Shown here: positions 49,862-61,049 of the stretch, in pieces
How the letters are laid out: the number at the start of each line of letters is the position of its first letter
How positions within the stretch are numbered: the first letter of the stretch is position 1
Assembly (NCBI GenBank): GCA_965240325.2
Contig: OZ251234.1
Location: 682,001-746,000 of the forward strand
Source: Rebecca billardiae RCC1528
Taxonomy: Eukaryota; Protista; Haptophyta
Length of the DNA: 64,000 bases
Direction: 5' to 3'
The notes under the pieces: generated by a model
Databases searched by the model: none
Told to the model about the DNA's origin: nothing
What the model saw: the letters and a program-made list of their open reading frames with translations, nothing else
Translations under genes and position numbers: made by a program

Positions 49862-50902
49862 TCAGCCGTGCGGTGGTGGCACGGGCGTCCCCTGCTCGAC
49901 CAGTGCGACTTGGCCGTCCCAGCCGCAGGTGGCCAGCACGCCTGGCCTGAAGAGCGCCCACTCGCCGCCCACGGCAAACTCGGTGTGGTGCGCGAAGAGG
50001 CCGAGCGCTGGGGCGATCGGCGGCGCGTCGATGTCCCACACCGCCGCAGTCATGTCGTACGAGCACGACAGCAACAGCCGCTCGTCGTGCGGCGAGAAGC
50101 GCACCCGCCGCACCGCGTACGTGTGCGGGCGCATCGTGCGCAGCGGCGCGCCTGGCTGGCGGAGGTCCCACAGCCGGATGCAGCGGTCCACCGAGCCGGT
50201 GGCGAGGATGCCCTCGCGGTACTTGTGCCAGTCGACGGTCAAGACCTCGCCGTCGTGCGGCGCAAGCACGCCAACGGGCGCGCGCTGCTCGAGGGACCAG
50301 ACGTGCGCAGCGCCGTCGCCCGATGCGCAGGCCAGCACACCAGGCACATGTGGCGACCAGCGCACGTCGTACGCGCACTGTGTGCCCGGAGCGCCGCCCG
50401 CCGACGGCGCCGGCGCGAACGTGCATACGTGCGCGATTCCCGCGTTGCTCACGGTCCACGCCTTCGCCGCGCCGTCCCAGGCGCACGAGGCCAGCGTGTC
50501 CTTGCGCAGAGAGCTCCAGTCGACGCCGTGCGCGTCCGCCTCGTGCGCGTGCACGACCTCGAGCGGGCGCGGCCCGTGGCTTTCGACCAGCCTGAGGTCC
50601 CACAGCTTGAGCGACCCGTCGCCGCACGCGCTGATCAGCTGGTGCTCGTCCAGCTCGCTCCACGCGCAGTCGTACACGCCGTCGTTGGTGAGCATCCTGT
50701 GCCGCGGCACCAGCGCGGGAGGCGCGCCGGCCGGCCCGGGCCGTATCTCGAAGACGTGCTGTGCTCCGTTGCCGACGATGCCAAAGTTCGCCGCCGCTGC
50801 AACTGCGAGCCGCGAGTCGTCGAAGGGGCTGAAGCAGAGCGAGCATCCCGCGAAGCCTTCCAGGCCGGCGGTGGCGATCGGCGGCCGAGCGCGTGCCGCC
50901 AT
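49862..50902 (-). CDS. PEX7: Peroxisomal targeting signal 2 receptor, WD40 protein (346 aa), intronless
   Basis: Motifs FSPF..SRLAVAAAANFGIVGNG, DGVYDCAWSE, CGDGSLKLWD, DWHKY, HTYAVRRVRFSPH, SCSYDMT and HHTEF are diagnostic of Pex7. Confidence 0.95.
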   Translation of the reverse strand: MAARARPPIATAGLEGFAGCSLCFSPFDDSRLAVAAAANFGIVGNGAQHVFEIRPGPAGAPPALVPRHRMLTNDGVYDCAWSELDEHQLISACGDGSLKLWDLRLVESHGPRPLEVVHAHEADAHGVDWSSLRKDTLASCAWDGAAKAWTVSNAGIAHVCTFAPAPSAGGAPGTQCAYDVRWSPHVPGVLACASGDGAAHVWSLEQRAPVGVLAPHDGEVLTVDWHKYREGILATGSVDRCIRLWDLRQPGAPLRTMRPHTYAVRRVRFSPHDERLLLSCSYDMTAAVWDIDAPPIAPALGLFAHHTEFAVGGEWALFRPGVLATCGWDGQVALVEQGTPVPPPHG

Positions 50903-51328
50903 CGCGGGACGCACTTGCTTGCTGTACAGTTTACTAAGAATAAGAGACGCACACAGCTCAGGCAGGCGAGATTTTACACAATTTATTCTGGTGAACACAG
51001 CTTATTTAAACAATTTTAATTCGTGACAAAGCCCTGGGAGACCCAGCTCCGACCCCCTTTAATTGTGTGTCCAATACTGCTGTCCCAAGTAATACCGGAG
51101 TAGGAATACGAACAATGGGTCCTCAAACGTTTTTTGATTAGGCACGCCTCGGGAATCGAGAACGCATGTCGTCACCTTTTTGAGCGCGCGCCATAGGGAT
51201 GTCGTTGCGATTCCCACCTATTTGTTGACGCTTTTCTACGACCATCCGCTCCCCAAGCAGGTCGAGGAACCGCGACGCACGAGTGCGTGCGCCGCCGCGC
51301 CGCGTGCGCTCGGCACACACGATTGAGT

Positions 51329-52253
51329 ATGACGGACGAGCGCGCGCCACTGCAGGAGGCGAATAATAAGGCCGCGCGCGACACGCAGATAGCGCTCAGC
51401 CGGCGTGGCTCGACGACGCTGCCGGCACTCGCGCTCGCACACATGCGCGCGACGAGGATGGCAGCTGTCCGCGGGCCTCCGCCGAACCCAGCGCCAGATG
51501 CCATCGTCGGCGTCGCGAGGAACTGCGCCAATCTGGCGGAGATCCAGCGGCACGTGGCGGCGATCAAGCAGCCGCAACCGCATCAGATGACGTGCACGAA
51601 CGGGCTCATGGAGAAGCTCGTACCACAAGCCTACCATAAGCCACCCGCTCGCCGACTTGCCCGACTACTACTCGCCCTGGCTCGTCCGTCACCCGCGCCG
51701 CCCGCGGCTCGCGGCGCCATCGCGGAGGTGCGTGCCCGCCGGCGCGAGCTGCACAACACAGCATGCACACCGACGCCGCGAGCCGTTGTACCACGTCGTG
51801 CCCGACGGGCCGTGCTCAGCGACGGCTGGCAGGAGTCTACGCTGGCCGAGTCGGTTGTGCCCTGCGGCCTGCCGGCCTGCGCCGCTCGCCCCGCGCCTGC
51901 AGTCGCCCCGCGCCTGCAGACCGGTGGGCCATCCGCGGTGCGTGCCGTTGCCGTGCCGTCGTGCCCGAGCGGCCGTGCGCAGCGACGACTGCATCGACGC
52001 GCGCCTCGCCGTGCGCCTCGGTGGGCCTTGCAGAACCGTGCAGAAGTGCCGCGCTGCCGCGCCTGACTTAATCGCACGCGCGACGGTGGCGCGCCACCGG
52101 ATGATACCGTTCTACAGCGCTGAACTACGGCCAACTCGTCCCATCGTCGTCGGGTCTGCCGGCAATGGGAAGCTTCTCCGTCGCGTCCTAGACGCGCTGT
52201 GTTCGACCAGCCCCACCGGGACAAGGCCGCCAGGCCCCCGCTGTTTACTATGA
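51329..52253 (+). pseudogene. Possible degenerate hAT transposase fragment
   Basis: LMEKLVPQAYHKPPARRL resembles the hAT P.Y..PSR motif, VLSDGWQ the first catalytic DGW, and IVVGSAGN the VTDNA.N region. The frames are broken. Confidence 0.35.
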
Positions 52254-52828
52254 AAAGTCGATGACGGGTAGCCGTTCCCGAATCGCAGGCGTAATTCAGC
52301 GGCTCTGAACGCACACGCCATATGAGGAGACGGAATCGGGGTAGGGTAGGACCTAGTCAGGGCCAACCGCTGAGCCGCAATGAACGCCGGGAAAGTTACC
52401 CGCTGCGCAACGCGAATGCGCTCTCAACTTCACGCGACTGGCTTGCGCTACCCGAGATCGGACCTGATCGCTGCAGAAGGCGTTTGGAGATCGCAGCTCG
52501 CGCGCTGGGCGACAGGTTTTCGCATCTCCACTGTATCTCCTCCCCCGGACGTGCTGTACCTGGTACCCTTGACTCATTCTATGATTTAACGACACAAGGT
52601 ACAGTTTACTATGTTTTAACGTGCACACTTGGTTAAGGCGTGATTGACGCCATCCAACACTGCACAAAGACACCGCCACAAAACAGACCGGCGCAGGTCT
52701 GCAGGTGAGGGGCCGGCGCGTTGCCGCACCTCATCGAGGCGGCCATTGCAGCAAGCGGCCGCCCCGCGCTCGGAGGCACGCGCTCGGGAGCGCGCTCTGA
52801 CACCACACGGGGAGGGTGCTGCACCTGG

Positions 52829-53977
52829 ATGTTGTATCCCAGCCACCTCGAGAGTGCAGCCGCGCCAAACACCTGCCTGCGCTGTACTGGTACGGGTGGC
52901 TCCGCCCAAAGAAATTCCGCCCGGGCCCGTCGCGTGGCCATCGATCGCCGATGCGGCCTACTACATGGTAAACTCACCCTCGAGAGACGACCTGGGTTTT
53001 GCAGGCAAGTCGTGTGCACCACCTCCAGAACCGCCTTACTGATCGTCGCGGCACTCGCGGTCTGTCGCGGCCAGCCCTCGCAGCTACGTACACAAAACGG
53101 TGACTATGCGGCCCCGAGCGAATGTGCGGAGCTCTCGGCGCTCTTCGAGCGCGACGGCCGGGTGCGCCATTTCGAATCGCTCTTCTGCATGACGAACCAG
53201 ACGGTTGCGTCGCTCTACCGCCCATTCGCAGCTCACGCGGTCGAGTGGAATATCCTCGGGCGAGATCGCGCGTGGTATTCCGTGCTTACGAAATTTCCGC
53301 AAACGAAGACCATCTCGGAGGACGATAAGCGTCGCTTCTACAAGACGGGCAGCAACCACGCCAAGAACGTCTTTCGAGAGCTGCAGCTTCGTGAAGACGG
53401 TCCCAAGCACCTGAACGTGCTGGACTTTGGCTGCGGACTGGGTCGCCTGGCCTTTGCGTTCGCGCATCTAAACGCTGTCCGCCGGGTGGCCTGTGTCGAC
53501 CAATCCGTCAACCACCTCCGCATCGCCAAGGAGGAGTGGCAGGCACGGAAGCGCCCCGTGGACGGCGACGTGGAGTTCGTGCTCAGTGACGTGGACTTGC
53601 TTCGAGCCGTGCATGGGCAGCGGTCCGACGTGGTGCACTCGGTCATTGTGCTGCAGCACATGGTCGCACCGTTGCAGGCCGCGTACATGGAGCAGCTGTG
53701 CGACGTGCTAGCGCCGGGTGGCGTTGCTTGGTTTCAAATCCCGTCATCTGATCGCCTGGGCAACACTCCCTCGAAGAGCCCCCTGCGGGGCCCGTGTGAC
53801 ATCGACGGCTCGATCGCGCGCGGCAATCTGCAAATGCACTACACACCCGCAGAGGAGATCGTGCGGCTGATCTTGCGGCGGGGCTGCACGGCTCACACCA
53901 CGGATACTGGCAACAGGTGGGTGGGTGGCAAGCATCACAGCACGGTGGTGCATATCCGCAAGCCGCGGACGGGCTAG
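52829..53977 (+). CDS. Class I SAM-dependent methyltransferase with an N-terminal hydrophobic anchor; start uncertain
   Basis: Motifs VLDFGCGLGRL, VACVDQS, DVVHSVIVLQH and LAPGG. Intronless. Confidence 0.85.
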   Translation: MLYPSHLESAAAPNTCLRCTGTGGSAQRNSARARRVAIDRRCGLLHGKLTLERRPGFCRQVVCTTSRTALLIVAALAVCRGQPSQLRTQNGDYAAPSECAELSALFERDGRVRHFESLFCMTNQTVASLYRPFAAHAVEWNILGRDRAWYSVLTKFPQTKTISEDDKRRFYKTGSNHAKNVFRELQLREDGPKHLNVLDFGCGLGRLAFAFAHLNAVRRVACVDQSVNHLRIAKEEWQARKRPVDGDVEFVLSDVDLLRAVHGQRSDVVHSVIVLQHMVAPLQAAYMEQLCDVLAPGGVAWFQIPSSDRLGNTPSKSPLRGPCDIDGSIARGNLQMHYTPAEEIVRLILRRGCTAHTTDTGNRWVGGKHHSTVVHIRKPRTG

Positions 53978-54544
53978 TAGTGCGCCGCCAGTGATATTCG
54001 CGCGTGTCGCTCGCCCTGCTCCGTTATATATATATGTTAATAGCTACAGGCGGTCCCCGCCAACAATATTGTAGTTCGGACACTACTGTCGTCTACTGAT
54101 TTTTGCTGATGATGACTACGGCTGCTGACGATGAGATGGGCCAGAGGCTCATCACAGCAGTAGCGCCATGGACCTTACTCCTCGGATGACGACAGACAGG
54201 ATGTGGATTGTCATTGTGGTTCAGGTTGCAGCGACTGCGAGCGGCGCGCCGTCAGCTGTGTTATGGTCAGGGCTAGCTGGCCGTTGGATGAGTAACTAGC
54301 AGTGAGTACAGACTCTCCGAACCCGGACCGTAGCGGTTCAGGAAAGTTCCTGAGAAGAGGTCTGAATAATAGCGGTAATACGGTCGTTTATAATAGCTCA
54401 TAATTACCAGTAAGGTACTCTGGTTCATGCGCCTATGAGCTAAAATATATATGATCAGTGGTTCATCAGATATCCAATATCAACGCCTTGAATCTGGTTT
54501 GCAATCTCAACCAGAAAACAATACCTACGTCAGCTACGGGTATT

Positions 54545-54923
54545 TGCAACTGCGAGCCGCGAGTCGTCGAAGGGGCTGAAGCAGAGCGAGCATCCCGCGA
54601 AGCCTTCCAGGCCGGCGGTGGCGATCGGCGGCCGAGCGCGTGCCGCCATCGCGGGACGCACTTGCTTGCTGTACAGTTTACTAAGAATAAGAGACGCACA
54701 CAGCTCAGGCAGGCGAGATTTACAAGAGACGCACACAGCTCAGGCAGGCGAGATCGACGCCCGCCAACTGTCACCGCCCATGAAGCCGTCGCCGATGGCT
54801 GCGCCGCCGGAAAAGTCGTTCAGCCGTCCGCCTGCGAGGCCTGGATGAGGGCTGCGGCCGCCTCAGTACTGTCAATCTCGCCTGCCTGAGCTGTGTGCGT
54901 CTCTTATTCTTAGTAAACTGTAC
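54545..54923. mobile_element. Composite of a duplicated PEX7 5' end and three copies (tandem plus inverted) of the CTGTAC-ending repeat
   Basis: 54545-54724 matches 50798-50978, 54724-54864 is the inverse of 2208-2349, and 54871-54923 matches 2315-2367. Confidence 0.85.
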
Positions 54924-55133
54924 TTTACAGCAGCGCGAGCGCCTCGGCGCTCGGCGGAAATAACGAAGCAGGCCACCCGCGCACGCAGTTCGCAGCGAGC
55001 GGGGGGATAGACCGGCGCGCGTGACCGTGGGCAGCGGGTTGTCATGAAACAACACCCAGAGGAGAGCTGGCACCCGTCCTCGCGACGTCGAGGCGCGACC
55101 GGCCGCGCAGTCGCGCGATCCGGCAGTACATGA

Positions 55134-57781
55134 TGTTGTATTAATCCCGAATTTCCTACGTGCACGATTTCTTTTTCTTCTCCGGGCGGTTGGCTCCAAC
55201 CGTCCGGATGGTCGAAGTATCCGGCACTGCCTGCAGAGCTGCAGGCGAAAGCTGCGCTGCCAGTTACGTATGGCGGCCGTTTGCCCCCCACCGCTTTTTG
55301 CATCCGTTTCTGAGCACCTGTGTGGGACGACTCCCGCACCGCCCGCTCGTCCGCACGGACGACGCTGCTGACGACGTCCGCAGGGACACTGTGATAAGCC
55401 CCTGCGTGACCGGGGAACTGGTAAGGCGGAATAAACATCATGAGCTCAAGCGTGTGAACCCACGTACCGCCGGGCATGGCCCATCCAGCCGGTCGCAGCG
55501 CCGCGGGTGTCGCGACGAACGCGCGGGCAATGATGCTCGCGTGCAGCGCGCTCTGCATCGAGCAGCCGAGTGAAAGCGCGCTGATGAACCAGATGCCCAC
55601 GCACGGCGTGGTGTACGAGTTCGGTGACTACCAGAAGGACATCCGTTACGCAACCTCGAATGTCCTCCGCCTGCAGGGCGGCTGCGCGCGCGGTACGAAC
55701 CGCGCGAGCATTGACGTGCCCGCGTGTGGCACTTGCGGTGACGACACCGCGGCGGGGGCCTGGATGGTCCCCGTGATCGACAACGTCGAGCACGAGCTCG
55801 ATGATGATGGGAATGGCAACGATGCCTACCCTTCACGGCATCCGCTGAGACCGATGCTGCGAGCGCCCCGACCATCCTCACGAGAGGACAGCTGGACGGG
55901 GCGCGAGGTGCTGCTCGATGACGGGCAGCAGCAGGTGATACACTCAAAGGACGTGTACATCATTGATGAGCGGTCGCTGGTCGAGGGGAGGCACACTCCA
56001 TTCGCGCTCAGCGATGACAATGCCGAGCTCGAGACTAAGCTGGGGGACGCCGCTGACGGCGAGCTCACCGGCGAGGGCGACGAGCATTTTGAGATTGAGG
56101 ACGGTGCTGCCGATGACGGCGGCGCTGCTGCTCATGACGACGGGGGCGCGGCGAGCGAAGCTGCGCAACCGAGCGCCGACGGCGATGACGCCGGAGGCGA
56201 TGACGACGCACGAGCTGGTGAGTCCGCGGCGCCCGAGCTGCCGCGCGACTACGACCCGATGCGACGAGACCGAGCGAGGCGGAGCAGACCAGCCGCGCAG
56301 ACGGTGCAGGCTGTTGTGAAGGCGCTCCCTGGCATGCGCCAGGCTGGGCGCGTGTGGTACCTACACTTGCGTAAGTGTTTGCTCGAACATGGGTTCGAGC
56401 CGTGCCCGAGCGCGCCGTGCATCTACTCGAAGGCAGTCGATGGCGGCTACGTGTTCGTCGGTCACTTTGTCGACGATCTGCTGATGATGAACATCTCGAA
56501 GGACAAGAACGCGTTGGACGCGCTGATGACGGCGTTGTTGACGCACTACGAGATGCAGGGCGCGGACTGCTTGAGCAAGTTCCTTGGCGCCGAATTTGAG
56601 ACCACGGTGGACGGACTTTTTACCCACCTGAACCAGTACATCGGTGATGTGTGCGAGCGCTTCCACCTGAGTGGAGAGCGCCACCCACCGACCCCCGAGT
56701 GCAGCGAGACGCGCGAGATCCCCCGCCCGCTGCAAGCCCTCCTGCTGCGCGCTGACCGCCAGCACTACCAGGAGATGACCGGTGCCCTCATGTACTGCAT
56801 GACGACGTGTCGTCCCGATATCGCACACGCCGTGAACATGCTGGCACGCCGGATGTCCAATCCCCGGCTCTACGACTTGACCGCCGCGAAGCGCACGCTC
56901 CGATACTTGCTCGGCACGCGTCGGCGCGGCATCCTGTTCCGGCACGCGACGCACGCACAACACCCTGATTTGGTGGCGTACGCGGACTCGGACTGGGCGA
57001 ACGATCGTGAAGATCGACGTTCTACGACGGGATACCTTGTTATGTACAACGGGGTCCCGATCTCGTGGCACAGCGGACTGCAGAGCGTGGTCGCGTTGTC
57101 TACGTGCGAGGCGGAGTACATCGCGCTGAGCGAGTGCTGCCGCGAGGTGATCTACCTGCGCGACCTGGTGACGTTTTTGAACGAGCCGGTCGTGGAGCCC
57201 ACGACGGTGATCTACGAGGATAACCAGGGCACGATCGATTTGACGAACAACCCGGTGCACCACAAGCGCACCAAGCACATTGACGTGAAGTACCATTTCA
57301 CGCGGCGCGCGCAAGCCGACGGCGCCGTGCTGATCCAGAAGGTGCCGACCGACGACAACCGGTCCGACATCATGACCAAGGCTACCGCGACGAGTACTTT
57401 TCTCAAGCACGTCGTGGCGATACTGCATGCTGTTCCACCACCTCCGCCGCCTTCGGCATGATGTCGAGGGGGGGTGTTGTATTAATCCCGAATTTCCTAC
57501 GTGCACGATTTCTTTTTCTTCTCCGGGCGGTTGGCTCCAACCGTCCGGATGGTCGAAGTATCCGGCACTGCCTGCAGAGCTGCAGGCGAAAGCTGCGCTG
57601 CCAGTTACGTATGGCGGCCGTTTGCCCCCCACCGCTTTTTGCATCCGTTTCTGAGCACCTGTGTGGGACGACTCCCGCACCGCCCGCTCGTCCGCACGGA
57701 CGACGCTGCTGACGACGTCCGCAGGGACACTGTGATAAGCCCCTGCGTGACCGGGGAACTGGTAAGGCGGAATAAACATCA
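55134..57781 (+). mobile_element. Internally deleted Ty1/Copia LTR retrotransposon
   Basis: The 307-bp LTRs at 55134-55440 and 57475-57781 (TG...CA) showed no difference by eye. TSD CATGA. A PPT GAGGGGGGG precedes the 3' LTR. Confidence 0.97.
55476..57461 (+). CDS. Truncated Copia pol: C-terminal half of RT plus RNase H
   Basis: Motifs KALPGMRQAGRVW, FVDDLL, TCRPDIAHAV, YADSDWA, EAEYIAL, EDNQG, HKRTKHIDVKYHF and DIMTKA. No gag, protease or integrase motifs were recognised. Confidence 0.9.
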   Translation: MAHPAGRSAAGVATNARAMMLACSALCIEQPSESALMNQMPTHGVVYEFGDYQKDIRYATSNVLRLQGGCARGTNRASIDVPACGTCGDDTAAGAWMVPVIDNVEHELDDDGNGNDAYPSRHPLRPMLRAPRPSSREDSWTGREVLLDDGQQQVIHSKDVYIIDERSLVEGRHTPFALSDDNAELETKLGDAADGELTGEGDEHFEIEDGAADDGGAAAHDDGGAASEAAQPSADGDDAGGDDDARAGESAAPELPRDYDPMRRDRARRSRPAAQTVQAVVKALPGMRQAGRVWYLHLRKCLLEHGFEPCPSAPCIYSKAVDGGYVFVGHFVDDLLMMNISKDKNALDALMTALLTHYEMQGADCLSKFLGAEFETTVDGLFTHLNQYIGDVCERFHLSGERHPPTPECSETREIPRPLQALLLRADRQHYQEMTGALMYCMTTCRPDIAHAVNMLARRMSNPRLYDLTAAKRTLRYLLGTRRRGILFRHATHAQHPDLVAYADSDWANDREDRRSTTGYLVMYNGVPISWHSGLQSVVALSTCEAEYIALSECCREVIYLRDLVTFLNEPVVEPTTVIYEDNQGTIDLTNNPVHHKRTKHIDVKYHFTRRAQADGAVLIQKVPTDDNRSDIMTKATATSTFLKHVVAILHAVPPPPPPSA

Positions 57782-58543
57782 CATGATGAAGCGCGGGCCT
57801 CGCCGCCGACCCGGATCCTCGGCCGAACGAACACCCGCGCCCGCGACTTCGTCGGACTTCGCCGGAGATTCGGGACATCGGAATTAATTAATCTGATTTG
57901 ACGAGACACTTGCTGCAAGGGACCCGACGGTCCGGAGGCGGTCCGGAGCACCCAGTGCACTGGACTAGTCGGGCCCCGGGGGGAACGTGATACAGGCGAA
58001 GTTAATAGTTATACCCCCATAACCGAACGTTTATAGAATACGCGACAATAACTTGATTGAGGGAAAAGATCGGCGGCCGGCCGGCCGCTCACCTAATTCG
58101 TATTTAATTATGTAGTATTGAAACAGCACTCAGCACTCACTCAGCAGGAGTCGACAGTCGTTTTGAGCAGCAGTGACTGCGATCGTCATTCATTTGTAGA
58201 GGGGTCAGAGCTCCGACCGTCACACTCCCGGGTGCCACAATCTCCCGAAATCTCTTAGCATGAACTATCACACGGGTAGTATTTACTTGGACGAACTAGT
58301 TAGTAGGCGTTAAGGCTTAATTCCAGGGTGTAGAATCCGCCTGTGCCAACTTTCAGACTGCCATTGAAATGTAGTGATCTACATCTAGCCGGTGCAATTC
58401 AGGTGCAAATAGCGAGATCACCTTGGAGATCGTGTATCTCCCCTACTAATGTTGCCGAGATCGCGTCGAAATTGAGGTCGTATATCTCGTCCAGTATGTC
58501 GTGACATTATTTATTCGCAAAACTTGTCAGCGTGACATGTCGT

Positions 58544-58673
<130 letters not shown>

Positions 58674-58899
58674 CATCATCATCAGGCGGTCATTTCATAT
58701 TTATTTGGGCCACGCACTGCACACCAGTGACACCAGCACGTGTACACGGACCACACACCGCTGCGTTTTTTGTCGGGCCTGGGCCGCAACCCGCGAACAA
58801 TTCACGCTTTTTTTCGCGATGCCCGCGGTTCTGCCTTCCCATTGGTCGGTCGATGGATCATCTCAACTTCTCCCGGGACAAAGTGAGACATATTATCTC

Positions 58900-59650
58900 A
58901 ATAGCATCTTTATGAATCTTTGGAATCAAAGTTGAAAGAGCCAATCGTCATCCCGAAAGGCACGATGATGCCGATTCGGCCTAGCTGCAATCTTGTTAGC
59001 ATCTCGGCCACTGTTCGCTGGATTTGTGCGGGTTTCTCAGCGGTCGAAGGGGTCTCAAGCAAAGTTGAAGGCTTGCGGGAGCGGAAAACTAGGAGACCGC
59101 GGCGAAGTGGCGACAGCTTGCGAAGGGCGTCCACGATGGGCCATACGGCTTACTGTGCAAGGCAACTCGTGCGGGATCGGGCGCGTACGGCGACGTTTGC
59201 ATGGTCGTCAATGCGCAGGGTGGGCGGCCTGCGGTGAAACTCACACGACGCCCGACCGCTGGCAACCACACCGCCGTCAGGCCGAGCTTGGCCGCACCCC
59301 GCGTGCGGCGTGGACCGGCCGCCGAGTGGCTTGCGGCCCGCTCAGCACGTACGTCGTCTCACGCATCGGGCCGAAGCAGAAGCGGCGGTACATGAAGCTG
59401 GCAGACTCGGTCATGGAGTGCTTGTCGGTGCCGTCGAACGTCCACCCACCGACGTCCGTGCCGATGCCAAACTCCTTCTGCTGGCATCCGAGGCACTCGA
59501 TGATCACGCCCTTCGCCTTCGGCTTGTGGAGGCGTCCACGGCGTACCCGTATTGATTGGGACAGGCGATGCGCGAGGACAGCTGAGGGCAAGCCAGCCCG
59601 CGCGGTCCGAGCGTGCGCAGCGCGCGCCGCTGGGCTTGCGTGGCGGCAAC
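58900..59650 (+). pseudogene. Degenerate ORF of unknown family, paralogous to 61050-62055 (-)
   Basis: VVNAQGGRPAVKLTRRPTAGN vs VVDTQGGLAMVKLTRRASAEN, and RLVEASTAYPY vs RLQVEVSTAYQY. Confidence 0.5.
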
Positions 59651-61049
59651 AGGCTCCGTTGTGCGGCAGACGGTCGAGTCCGGGGCGCACACGTGCTGAC
59701 GCAGTCGCCTACGCAACTGGCTTCGGCTGCCGTGCCTTCGCGGTCGTGCACCAAGCCTGCGTCGCCGCGCGCCGACGCGCCGCCGGCGCGGCGGAGTGCG
59801 GGACGCGGTGCCGCCGCCAGTCAGTCGTCCGGCTGACGAGTCCGCGTCGTTCAGTCACACACGGACGACGGCTGCCGCGTAATGACCGGGCTGGCCCGCG
59901 GCCGCCCACCCAGCCAGTCCCAGGGTGTCCGGAGTCGTGACCGTTGGCAACGGTCACGACAGTGCTCAGGCCTCCTCCGAGAAGTTCGGCGCGTCGGGCT
60001 CGATCGTCATGCCGGCTGTCATGCCGCGCGCGCTAAATATTATCGTCGTCGATCGATTAATAATCTAAACGGGCGCCGTCGCCATTGCAAACTTATTCAA
60101 AACTTAAACTACGTCCGTACCGTCGGCTAGTACCGCTCAGATACTGCTCCAGCAGTCAGACTGTCAGTCCGACGGTCACTCCGGGACCGCCGGACTCAGA
60201 CTCAGTGCGTGACTTGTACTCTCCGGACCGGCACGGATGACCGCACGGTCCGACAGACGAGTCGGATCGACGGAGACAGGAGAGCCAGACTGAGACACGC
60301 GTCAGTTCGATAACGTGAGACAGTCATAGCACCGTACTCCGTAGTAGCCGACGAGGGCTCGGACAGTCGGACTCGACGTGTCAGTCCGTCAGACCGTCCG
60401 CCGTACGCGTCAGTGACGAGACAGCGGCGCCAGTCGGTCGCCACGGTCGAGTGCGGCACCGGGGCGGGAGCCGGAGCCGCTGTCCGAGTGGCACGCGGGT
60501 CCGAGCAGTTACACCGTGACGCCCGGCCTAAGTCGGTCCGCGCAAGACAGAAGTCGTGAGAAGACGCCGGCGGATCTGATCTGACTTACTGAGACTGAGC
60601 AGATGGCATCATATTCATATATAGCAGCATGCTGATCATATAAGTATATAGATAGCATCAGCCGTACCGCAGCAGTAAGGCTGATGTAGGCCGCCTGCGC
60701 GGCCCTGAGCGGGAGCCTGATGCCAGCTGACTCCTGTCTGAGGCGCGCCCGGCGCTGCCGCGCCCGGCACCCGGCTCCGGCGCGGCCGGTGCAGGTCAGC
60801 CGTCACTCGTCAGGGTGTCAGCGGTCAGGACCGCGTCCGGCGTCCAAAATCTACGAGTCTGTCCGCGGTCTCGGCGCCCGGGTCCGGACCTTGAAGTCAC
60901 TCAGCTGCGTCCGATGCCGCCATCCACAGAGGTATACAAAGTCCGTCTCCACGATCGTCAGAGTCACGCCGCCTCCTGACTAAGGCCGCCGGGCGCGCGC
61001 GCGTCGCGCCCCGGCCGTGAGGTGATCGTGAAGAACTGCGCGCGCGTAC

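Noticed and set aside
50924-50973. Spliced-leader relic in front of PEX7
   Set aside because: Not favoured. Other copies extend more than 100 bp upstream into coding-like sequence, none is followed by a GT donor as an SL-RNA gene would be, and two are not in front of genes. Kept only as an alternative.
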